Source: Camelus dromedarius (lineage: Eukaryota). Taken from it: 64,000 nt of DNA. Positions 1 to 10,965 of the stretch are shown piece after piece. The stretch's first letter is position 1; each line of letters opens with the position of its first letter. The stretch lies in the NCBI RefSeq assembly GCF_036321535.1, contig NC_087472.1, positions 97,404,001 through 97,468,000 on the forward strand. Direction: 5' to 3'. The notes under the pieces are model-generated. The model did not search any database, had not been told where the DNA came from, and saw only the letters and a program-made list of their open reading frames with translations. The position numbers and the translations under genes were made by a program.

Positions 1-118
1 GTGACTACTCAACTCTGCCCTTTTAGTGAGAAAGCAGCTGCAGACATTATGTAAATGAATAGGCATAGTTGTGTTCCCAAAAAGAAAATAATGTACAAAA
101 CAGGTAACATGGTGGATC
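1..118 (+). mobile_element. MER58A-like hAT-Charlie MITE, 3' part (truncated by window edge)
   Basis: actactcaactctgcc...aaagcagc...atgtaaatgaataggcatagttgtgttcc...tacaaaacagg matches the recalled MER58A 3' half. Confidence 0.75.
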
Positions 119-1331
119 AGATTATAAGGAAACAAAAGGGAAATATGAGGCAGCTCTTGAAGTTCATTCCAAGCTTTTCCCTCGAGGTCTCTGGGAACCT
201 AAAAAGGAAGCAGAGATGATCATAGCATTGGCTGCCTCTTTGAACTGAGAAATGTGGCGTGAGGAGGAGGATACATCTTTTGAGTGAGATGAGTATTGCC
301 TCTCAGTTACCACCAAGGTTGTGCTTGGGAGTGGATCTATTCCTGGGGCAATGCCTCCTCGTTCACTGTTCGCTTATGCCTAGAGTGTTCCTGGCCCCAG
401 TTTACTCTGCTAAAAACTTGCCAGAGAGTCACATCATCTTCCCTGGAAAAAAAAACCTTTGAACAGTGTGGCTCATACATAGATGATTTTTCCATAGCCA
501 CACATTGCAGATCCCTTTGGCTCCAAATATGAGTCTTTGGTAAAGGGTAACTAAGCAAGGGAGTGTATTGTCATAAACTGTGTGTTTCTAGTTGGCAGGC
601 CTGCTGGACTTCTATGCCTCTGTCCTTTCCTGTTCAAAGTTAAGCAGATAACCCGAGGGCCGTAGAAGGATTGACCCAGTTATATAATCAATATCTTAGA
701 CTTCAGTAAATTTATGTTAGGAATTGGACTGCCATTGTATCCAGGGGATTCTGGGAGATGGCTGGGTCTTGGCAGCAGGAATCTCTGGGTTGTAATTTTC
801 TTTGCAGGGGAATTGATTGAGATTGAGGCAGAGCCTGAGCAAGTGGAAAGACCAGGCTCCAGATCTTCAGGAAGGGAAATTGGCAAGGGATTCTGGCCCC
901 CACGCCAAGGTGCAGCAAACCCAGTATTGGAGCTGAAGCTCTGGAACAGCGAATGATGAGTATGCCAGTGGGAGCCGGGGGACAGCTGCAGCTCCAGGAG
1001 GGTCCAGGTACTACAATCAGGCGTGTTCTCATTGAAGACAGATTGTAAGGCTTCTATGTCCACTATGGGATGTGGGAGTATCAAGTAGGGACCGGCTGGC
1101 ACAAACTCCCAAATTTGTATACATAATTTGAGTTTTTCTACATTACTGAATGCTGTAAGTTACTATATATATTTTAAGTCTCATAACTTTGCCTACTCCT
1201 TCAAAGATTGCTGAGGATATTGTGTTTGGTAAGAAAAAGGGAAATTCACCCATGTGAGTGTTCAGTGGGCTTTTGTTTAGAGGGTTTGCGAAAACCTGTT
1301 GCATTGTAAAGGCTGGGTACTCTTGGGATTG

Positions 1332-1962
1332 TGTATCAGTCAGGGTCCAGTGAGGAGGCAGAAACCTCATCATTTATTTTAACAGAAAAAATGTGTACCT
1401 AGGTCTAAAGAATTCTTAAAAATGTGTAACATTGTTAACTAAGACACTAACCAGGGGAAAAGAAAACACTAAGGAGTCAGAGGAGGAAAAACCATTGGAA
1501 ACAACACGCAACCTCTGGGGCTAGGGAAACAAAAAGAAGTTGGAATTCTTAAAACTTATTTTTAAAATTTAGCAGCTCAGAGGAGGAGGGCCTCAGTGGA
1601 GTTAAACGTACATCTCTGAAGATGGCTGGTTCTGATGTTTCTGAGGGGAGATTGATAAAGCTAGTTCAACTAGGTTTGGGAAAACCGCAAACTGCATCCA
1701 GCTGCTGTCACGGGAGGGCACTACCACTGCAGTGGAGAAGAAATGTTAGTGGAGAAATCCTCAAGGGAAGCAGACAGGATGGAGCACGCCCCTCCTCCTT
1801 CTTCCAGTGCTGCAGGCCCCTCCGGAGCCTAATAGGTCTCCAGCCAGCAAAGCAAAAATGTGGGTTGCAGACTCCCAGCCCCCACATCACAGCTCAGCCC
1901 AGCTCCCCAGCCCGAAGAGGGGGGCAGTTAGGAACTGAGAGAGAATGCATTAATAACCCACA
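1332..1962 (-). mobile_element. ERVL solo LTR, LTR41-like
   Basis: Begins tgtatcagtcagggtccag and ends gaactgagagagaatgcattaataacccaca (TG...CA termini); internal gcaaagcaaaaatgtgggttgcagactcccagccccc resembles the LTR41 reverse complement. Confidence 0.7.
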
Positions 1963-2880
1963 GTGCTTGTTGGCTTTTCTGGGACAAGCTTTGTTGGTTT
2001 GCTGGGCCTGCCTGTCCACTGAGATGAGAAATGACTCAGGAGAACCTTCCCAGTTTCTCTATCATGCTCCCTCCCAGCACCTCTGCAGTGATCCAGAAAG
2101 TCCCATCGTGGGTGCTCAGGAAGCCGTGGAGTGACTAACTGGCAAGATGAAATTAGGACTCTGGAATTCTCTGTCCCTGGTGATGGGAATGAATGCAAGG
2201 ACAAAATTTTCTACCCAGAAGAGTAAAATTCATGCTACTTTAGCCCACACATGATCCGGTAAAAAATGACTACATGGCAAACTTCACTGTAGCCAGAGCA
2301 AACGTTTGATTATGTGACAAGAAAATCAGAGGCAATGATTTCTGCTGGGGAGCTCTTTAGAATGACACACATGCTAGAACGTGTTCTACCTCTTTCAGAA
2401 ATTCCGAACAGTCAGAGCTCCATTTCATACATTACAGTTCAAAGAGAGTAACCATTCTGAGATAACCATGAGTTCTTTGCAGCCCATACGTACAGGGAAT
2501 ACTGTGAAAAGAGAGAGAATCTGCTTATAGCACTGAATTGAGTTGAAGCCAATTGGAAATGGTAAGAGCTAGAGAATGTAAGACCACTTATAACAGACTG
2601 AGAGTTTTGTAGAGTTAAACAACTCTACAGTCTGTTACAAAGAGGAGACCATTCTAAATTGCTATGTAAATAAGCAAAGGGCATGGAAGTAATGCCTCAT
2701 AGACCCAAACACTGAGAGCAGGACTGAAAGAGCACCGGCTAAGGCCTTCACCTTTACTTTTTTGAGGAGCAGTTGGAGTTCATGCCAGATTTATCGTGCA
2801 TATTATTTACTAGTGTGTATGTATTTGCTTACATCAATTAATTGTTTTATAAAGCAGACATTGGGGGTTTTTTTTTAGCA

Positions 2881-3250
2881 TTTTTTAAAAATTGAAGTAT
2901 AGTTGATTTACAATGTTGTATTAGTTTCTGGTATAGCAAAGTGATTCAGTTATACACACACACACATACACATATATACATATTCTTTTTCATCATAATT
3001 TATTATAGGATATTGAATATCGTTCCCTGTGCTATACAGTATAAACTTGTTTATCTATTTTTTATATAGTAGTTAGTGTCTGCAAATCCCAAACTCCTAG
3101 TTTATCCCTCCCTGACTCCCTTTCCCCTTTGGTAACCGTAAGTTTGTTTTCTATGTCTGTGAGTCTGTTGCTGCTTTGTAAATAAGTTCATTTGTATCAT
3201 ATTTTAGGTTCCACATATAAAAGAGATCACACGGTATTTGCCTTTTTCTA
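2881..3250 (-). mobile_element. L1 3' UTR fragment (cetartiodactyl/camelid type) with (CA)n
   Basis: attgaagtatagttgatttacaatgttgt...gttccctgtgctatacagta...ccctttggtaaccgtaagtttgttttctatgtctgtgagtctg; homologous to the reverse complement of the 5571-6340 copy. Confidence 0.9.
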
Positions 3251-4881
3251 TACATCAGACATCGTTAATTGCTGTTATTTGCGCAGTCTATTTTTCTTGA
3301 CCTCATTTTTTGCCTTTCAACCCTTTCAACACATCTAGTTTATCTTTTGAAAAGTGATCTTACAAGTTCAGGAAAATTACTTTCAGTCCCAGACTCTCTG
3401 TGTGGAATAAATTCAGATTAATTTTTTCTCTGCTATGTTGTAATCACAGCTCCTCTTAATATACACTGATTTCCTCAATTCTAGCTGGCTCTGCATCATG
3501 GTTTTTCAGATCACTCATTATTGATTCTCATTCCTGCCTTTATTACCTAACTGACCCTTTTTCAGACAGCAGCCCTGTTTGATGATACCTTCTGCCCTGT
3601 GACAAGAGGTACGGAGCGCATGCCCATTCCAGTGGATCCGTGCCCCACCTGAAGTCAGAGGTGTGGCATCAGGCATTTCTTAAATCATCCCTCTTTAATC
3701 TCAATATAAGCTCAAGGAAGAGTAGCTCCATGCCTTGTTCTGTCACCCATGACAGCTGCAGTTAAGTTCTAATGCCCTGAATGAGTAAACCAAGTAACAG
3801 TTGCCCCCTACAGGACAGTATCAAAATTATGTATATTCAGTATTGATCTGCCACATAACACACTGCATTGCATCAGTGATATGTGTGGCTGCAGTCAACA
3901 TTGAGGGAGAAGCAAACGCCTCTAATTCCGTAGGTATTAAGGAAATCCTATTCACTTTGTGTTCCTGTGCTCTGCTAAAGCTTGGGAGCATTTTTTCAGG
4001 ACCACATGAAAAGACTCACTGGAATTGCTAAGAGCACAAATGATGTCAGAAATGGAAAATGCAGTTTCCAAGGAAAGCAGTGATATATGGGCCAGTGTAA
4101 TAATGGCAAGTTTGGTCTGCAATGTGAAGTGTCATTCCTGAAATGAAAAACTAAAATCAATTGGTTAGCTGGAGTGTTAGGATTGCCTGAAAAGGTTAGG
4201 AATTACTGAGTTAGATCATAACCGTGGGATAAAAATGAAAACTATGGAAGGATAGGCAGAGTAAAGACAATAAACATTTTTTATTTGATGACATGGTCTT
4301 GCAAAGAAAAACTTTTGGACAGAAATAGGGGGAGTAATGTCCAGAAGAGTATAATTTTCTCTACATATTTGCCTGTTTCTTGACAATGTTTCTGATAGGT
4401 AGCAATGGAGACTAAGGCAGAGTGGATTTCCAACGTATGCTGGGTGCACAGAGAGCTCCTTTATAAAGCATCATAACAGGCTGCTTCAAGTCTCAAGGTC
4501 AAGACCGCTAAGAATTATGAGATGATGTGAATCCATGTTAGAAATACAAGTGCATATAATTCAAAGAGCAGGGGACCAAATTAGGTTTTCTTTTCTTTAT
4601 GGAGGGACACAGATGAAATAATGAAGATTTTGTCATTTTTAGCTATACTGTACATCCCAGGTAGGATGAGGTTAAGTCTCACTTACTTGTTTTATGGAGA
4701 GGCAGCATGCCTTGCCCCTCAAATTTCAGGGTGAATTGTTCAGTTCAATGACTCATTCACTAAAAAAACCATTACTCATGTTGTCTATGTGCTTAGACTT
4801 GTGTTAGAGAACGTCACACTCTCTGTCCAAGAAGAACTTCTCCCCTATAAATTGTGGGGCTGTAATTGTTTTTTACATTTT

Positions 4882-4930
4882 TAAAAACATTTTTTATTCA
4901 GTTATAGTCATTTTACAATGTTGTGTCAAA
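4882..4930 (-). mobile_element. Ultra-short young L1 3' tail with 15-bp TSD
   Basis: aacattttttattcagttatagtcattttacaatgttgtgtcaaa flanked by identical tgttttttacatttt at 4867-4881 and 4931-4945. Confidence 0.75.
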
Positions 4931-5570
4931 TGTTTTTTACATTTTGTAATTGATGAGATACCTATGAAGCTGAGTATGTTGCTCAAGACCTTTGCAGTTC
5001 TTAGTTCATATTTTCCTAACTGGATGAAGCATTTGAGGATCATATATACCCATTACTTTGGCTTTATGGACTGAATGTGTTTGGCTTAGAAGTGAACATA
5101 AGTTATCTGGTGGGAAATATACCTAGATATTGGATCACACTACCAAAAACAGGGATCTACTGATTTCATTTTGCTGCCCACAATGGTCAATTAGTTGTGG
5201 CTGCCTCCAAGGGCTGACTGAGGAGAATTAATTATTAGGGCTCTGATTGATTTCTGGTGTCTGTCACATGTTAGTGAGGTAAGGCAGCACATGAACACCA
5301 TGTATTTGCTCATCTCTGTCCTAAAGGAAAGCACCTAACTGGGCAATTTGATAAAAAGCCTGGCTGGTGAAGAGTTATATTAGATAAACTTGGTAAGCCT
5401 TTCCCAATGACCCTAACTGCTTGTTCTCTGGATATTATGGGGCATGAAAGAACCATCAATATTTTGAACATGAAAATTATATACTGTTCATTGAACAATC
5501 CTACTTAGTGCTGTAATGGCCCAGTAATTTTTAACCTTGTTGCAAAGGAGATAATCAAAAGTTAATGACC

Positions 5571-6340
5571 GTTTGTAATAAATGCTGGAGACGGTGTGGA
5601 GAAAAGGGAAGCCTCCTACACTGTTGGTGGGAATGTAATTTGGTACAGTCACTATGGAAAACAGTATGGAGATTCCTTTAAAAAATTAAAAATAGACTTA
5701 CCATATGACCTAGCAATCCCACTCCTGGGTATATATCTGGAGAAAACTCTAATTTAAAAAGATATATGCACCCCAATGTTCATAGTACCACAATTTACAA
5801 TAGCCAAGACATGGAAACAACCTAGATATCCAACAACAGGTAACTGGATAAAGAAGTTGTGGTATATTTATACAATGGAATACTACAGAGCCATAAAAAG
5901 AATAAAATAATGCCATTTGCAGCAACACGGATGGACCTGAAAGATCGTCATCCTAAGTAAAGTAAGAGAAAGAAAAATACCATATGATATCACTTATATA
6001 TGTAATCTTTAAAAAAAAAAAAGTACAAATGAACTTATTTGTAAAAGATACAGCCTCACAGACATAGAAAACAAACTTATGGTTACTGAGGGGTGAAAGG
6101 GGTGGGGAGGGTTAAATTGGGAATTCAGGATTTGTAGATACTAACTACTATATATAAAATAAAGAACAAGGTGCTACTGTAGGGAACTATATTCAATACC
6201 TTTTAATGGCCTATAATGAAAAAAATGTGAAAAGCTATATATATATATAACATATAAAACTGAATCACTATGCTGTACACCAGAAACAAGTACAACATTG
6301 TAAATCAACTATACTTCAATTTAAAAAAGAGAAATTTTAA
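5571..6340 (+). mobile_element. 5'-truncated L1 (ORF2 C-terminus, 3' UTR, A tail) with TSD
   Basis: aatgctggagacggtgtggagaaaagggaagcctcctacactgttggtgggaatgtaa...aaatcaactatacttcaat+A tail; TSD aaaagttaatgacc (5557-5570) / aaaagttaatggcc (6341-6354). Confidence 0.95.
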
Positions 6341-7399
6341 AAAAGTTAATGGCCAAAATGTTTTAAAGGAACCAAGTAACGTGTTGCTCCAGGAATAAGT
6401 TTGTACATGACAGTGAGAACTCAAACTGCAGAATACCTCATAGGGGTTGATATTTTCAAAGCTTTGTTTTTATTGAGAACCATAGTTCATGGGAAAAAAA
6501 TTTAAAGCAAAATATGTGATGAATGCTGTCTAATATTCTGATCTGTATAACATAATCTAATACATGAATGGAAAGACGAGGGAATGTCTGGCCAAAGAGA
6601 TGGCAGAGGGCTTTCCTCCTTGGCTTACCTCACGGTGCTCTCTCCTCATGGGGCTTCTCTGATTAACTGGATTGCATGTCCTGATGAAATAAGCCACTTT
6701 CAAGCCTTGTCTTTCCTTGAGAAGAGAGAATCTCTTTCTTGTTGAAGTAAAGACATTGATTCTATTTATGCCTGTATTTCCAACATGTCTGTTGTGTGTC
6801 AGAAAATCATCCAGCATAGGAAATAGAAGAACGTTAAAAATGTCCTTTTTAAGAACCCTAGTGAGAACAAAATTTGGCACAGTAAACCCTATTGTTCCTC
6901 CCTGCTTTTATTTATCAAGGAGTAACTCGTATCTTGGGGTATCAGTAAAGGTGTGTAAAACCAGAAGTCCTCTGGAAATGAGACAATGAAGATTGCCAGC
7001 TGAAATCTTCATGGCAGAAGGAAGCAGGCCCCAAAGGCAGCGTTTTCTTGAACTCAGGGATGTTTCCCTGGTGAAGGGGATTAGATGAAAACTTACGACC
7101 AGCATGTCCTACTTCTGGCTTATTGGAAGAAAGTGTAGTAGTAGTCTGTATTATGTGGAACAATCAAGTATTTTGATGAAAAAGGCATTTTGAAAAAGCA
7201 GTTTTGTTATTGTGACGTACTATGGCTGTCCATAAAGCTGGGGTGATTGGGGAGAGTCTGCTTAATGAGTAGCTAAGTTGGATTTACTTAATAACATTTG
7301 CAGACATACGGCTAACATGACCTGGGGGGAATAACTCCGTAATTTATCATGCACCTGTGGCCCTTTTTGTCAGGTGCCGAGGGGAAAGTATAATGATAT

Positions 7400-7664
7400 G
7401 TTTTTCACATTAAGGGTTGTTGGTAGACGAATAATCGAGTTTCTCGGTGGTATATTTCGTAGGGAACTCCTAGAGTTCCCAAGAGAGATTTTGCCTGGGT
7501 CAGCCATAGAGGAAACATGACTGATAGTGCTTTATTACATACTTTCCCTTCCCTGCCTACTTTCTTCATTCTATTACCAAGGTTTCCTAGGATCACCTCC
7601 TACAATACACTCATACTTGCATATCTGTCACAGAGTCTGCTTCCAGAGGAACCCAAACAAAAGA
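7400..7664 (+). mobile_element. ERVL LTR16/LTR33-like LTR, 3' portion
   Basis: Ends ggatcacctcctacaatacactcatacttgc...gagtctgcttccagaggaacccaaacaaaaga, typical of this LTR group. Confidence 0.6.
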
Positions 7665-8849
7665 TGCATATCAATAAAAAAATACATTGCATGAGACTGA
7701 GAAGGGGGATGAGGAAATACAGTTTAGGATGAAAGACCTGAGGGTTTTATTTTACTATAAACTTAATATGAATCACTGTGATGTGGGAGAAGAAATTATT
7801 CACATCTCACATTCCAAAAATGGAAAACTAGTGTCCAGATCAAGTGAGGTTTTACACTTATTATCGTTCAAGCTGTATGTGTGAGTAAGACCAGGTCCCT
7901 CAGTTTAAGAAAAGCATCACCGAGTGAAGTTAAAAGATAAGGATACCATGTCACCTAAGGAAGTGTTAAGGGAATTGGAGACATTCATCCTGTAAAAGAA
8001 AAAAAAAAAAAAAAAGAAAATGTGAGATATCAGAGCTATCCTGTAATTGTAAAAGAAGAAGTGAGCTTGTTTTGAATTGTTCAGTCAAAGAAGGACTGAT
8101 GAGGGACTCAGAGAAGGGAATTAAACACTCATCGTATATTTGGAATGAGACAAACATGACTTGGAATCTCACGTAAATAGTTTACTAAGCACACTTGCTG
8201 ATCTTGTGTTTTCTCATTTGAAAAAAGGAATAATAATAATACTACCTCCTGGGGTTGAACATACAGCACCCAGTACCTTATCCCCCTTCGCAAACTGAAT
8301 AATAACTGAAGATTGCAAATAATGGCCTTGTTAGCCTTGTGAAGGAAAGCCTGTATCAATCAGTGTTTAAATAGTGCCTAAATCTGTAATATATATTGTG
8401 TATCAAAATCTTTTGATTGAGAGAATCCATTCCTGGCTCAAGATTCTCTTATTTTAAGAAGGTAGGTATACTTAAAGCATCCATGTATTCACATTAGGAA
8501 ATGCAATCGTTTCATGCCATCTTTATTGCCGTTGTGTGCCGTGGCCATTTGTGGCCATTTTTGTAATCTGTCACATATTTTTGTCCTTCCTTGTCTAATT
8601 GGCTGACCTGTCTTTTAATGAGCCACATACCTAGAGCCAGGTAGTTGCTACCCGACCTTCCCTTCAGAGCTAAGGCCCTTTGTGGGATCATTCCCTGCTT
8701 CCAGATCATTTTAGCTCTGACTCTGGAGAAAGAAACAACAGAAACTATTTTTTTGTATCACTCCTCCCAGTTTTCCCATCTCAGGTAATAGCAACTCCAC
8801 TCACCGTTTCCTCCATTCAGAAGACTCTTCCTGCAGATACATTCTTGAA

Positions 8850-9270
8850 TGAAGTAGCAGCAGGAGTGAGTGCAAAGGCCCTGAGGCAACAGTGTGCCTG
8901 GCTGGTTACAAGAAGAGGCTAGTGTGACTGGAGTGAAGTGAGCTACGGGGAAAGAGGTGCAAGATGGAGCTGGGAGGTAGCTGGAGGACAGAGCAAATGA
9001 CAGGTCCACAGAGACGCCTTCCCAACTCATATCTAAAACGGTGTCCCCACCCCCTCTATCACTTGCTAATACTCTCACCCCCTTTACGTTCCTTCTCTGC
9101 ACTTAACACTGTCTGGTATGTTTTGGGTTTCTTATTTGCTTAGATGTTTCTTCACATCTATATGTAAGCTTTATGGGAGTAGATACTTTTATTCTTTTTA
9201 TCATTCATATATTCCCTAAACCCAGAACAGTGGCAGACCATGGTAAGCAATCAACAAATAATTATAAAAC
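8850..9270. mobile_element. L2 fragments (minus-strand body piece, then plus-strand 3' end)
   Basis: tgcaaaggccctgaggca...ctggagtgaagtgag, then tatgtaagcttt...cccagaacagtggcagaccatggtaagcaatcaacaaata. Confidence 0.6.
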
Positions 9271-9304
9271 ATAAAATGTGTGTTGATCCTAAAGATCTAT
9301 CAGG

Positions 9305-9660
9305 GTCTTGAGAATGGTAAGCTTTTGCTGTATCACAAAGCCATCCCAAATCATGTGACTTAGAACCACCACCATCTGCCAGGCAATTCATCTGTTCTGG
9401 GTCAGGCTCAGTGTATCTCTTGGGCCTTCATCGTATGTCTGCCATGTCTGACTGGAGATGGGGGACAAGTGGGAAGAGAAGTAGGTTCAGTGTTGCTCTT
9501 AATCCCACAGACTTCTGCTTGTGTTAGGTTTCTATCCCATTAGCCAGGATTCAGAGAACCAGCCCACGTTCTGAATTCCACCTCATGATGGGTAGAGTTA
9601 CAAAGACACTTTAATTGCAAGAGTGTAATGTCGAGGAGGCCATTTTTGCAGTCTACCCCA
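9305..9660 (-). mobile_element. MLT1-type MaLR LTR, decayed
   Basis: ttttgctgtatcacaaagccatcccaaa...gacttagaacc start and ggccatttttgcagtctacccca end. Confidence 0.55.
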
Positions 9661-10334
9661 GTTCTTTGTTCCTCCTTGTCTAATTGGCTGATCTGTCTTT
9701 TACTGAGCCACATGCCTATTTCTAGAGCAGCCAGTGAACTGTCTTCTCCATCTGAATATTATCTAGTGCAAACTTTTTATATTATTCTCTGGAAGGTCAT
9801 ATCTCTACATAAAACTTCTGGACATCACCAATTGCTCTGATATTTTTTTTTTTTACCTTGCCTTTTTTTGTAGATTAATTTTGAGACATGTAAGATATTT
9901 TAAATCCAGATAGCTGTCACTTCTAGGTGACTCTGACATGTGTTTTTCTTCATAATTTTCATGAGTGGAATGAGCTAATGCTATTTCTGTCTACTGCAGA
10001 AACGTTTTATCATCGTGGCATTTTAAAGCCAACATCTGGTGTACCTGCTGAACAGTTCAGTCACTCTGTTTTTCTTTTCAATAGGTTTTTCTCTTGCCAT
10101 TTGGAGAGTCTTTTTCAATTCACTGTTGGCCTACTCTTTTTTTTTTCCTGCGATACAGAGTTTCTTGTGCCACATTTATAGGATCATTTTCCATCACGTA
10201 CATACATACTAAAACACAGACCCTAGAATACACATACACACATTCTAAAAGACACACACAAGCAAACTTTTTTGTAGCATGTGTCATTCATGTCCCTCAG
10301 CATTTCATACAACTCGAAAGCAACCACATTTATT

Positions 10335-10700
10335 AGTCTGCGAGTTCTCTCTGGCCTCCAGGTCTTACTTGCCCACCTGTATCAGGTCATAAAAAGTGTC
10401 ATGGAATTACTGACTTCCAGCCCCTAGCCCTCACCCAGTGACCAAAGGGAGTTGTATAAATCCCCCACCTCCTTCACCTCTGGGTTGGGGGTGATAATTC
10501 TGAGTTGCCCGTCCTATACTAACTCCCAGATTTTTCCAGAAGGCTCAAGCGCCACTGTCTTACAGCGTAAACCCACTCATTCCTGTACTCTTCATTGGCT
10601 TCCCTCCTTCCCTGCTCACTTCTGTTTCCGTCCCCAATTAACTACCTGACCTCATATCCTTATCTCAGGTTCTGCTTCCGGGGGAGCTCACATTTAGAAG
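10335..10700 (+). mobile_element. ERVL LTR16/LTR33-like LTR
   Basis: ccctcacccagtgaccaaagggagttgtataaatcccccacc...tccccaattaactacctg...ctcaggttctgcttccggggg. Confidence 0.6.
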
Positions 10701-10907
10701 GATGTACATATCTTTCTAATGTTTATAGTAATATTTAATCCTAAATATTCCTTTACTTACTGTTACACCACATTTTCTTTCCTGGGAACCCGAATCTCAG
10801 AAAGACCAGATTTTGCCAGATAGATTGCTGCTTCTCTGACACTTCCTATTCTTGCCTCCAAGTATGTAGGTGGTGAGGCGGGGAGGCAGAGGGTAGGTGT
10901 GTTTGTG

Positions 10908-10965
10908 AGCATGTGTGTGTGTTTGAGGGGATGAGAAATGGTGCGTGTGTGTGTGTGTGTGTTTG
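10908..10965. repeat. (TG)n microsatellite, interrupted
   Basis: gtgcgtgtgtgtgtgtgtgtgt at ~10941-10962 and a shorter run at ~10912-10922. Confidence 0.9.

Noticed and set aside
808..956. Possible coding exon after ttttctttgcag (ELIEIEAEPEQVERPG...)
   Set aside because: Unrecognised peptide, no supporting neighbouring exons, and no convincing donor before the stop.
1622..2134. 170-aa ORF with a good Kozak context (gaagATGG)
   Set aside because: Most of it lies antisense within the LTR41-like LTR, it has no recognisable domain, and its composition fits a chance ORF in GC-richer repeat sequence.
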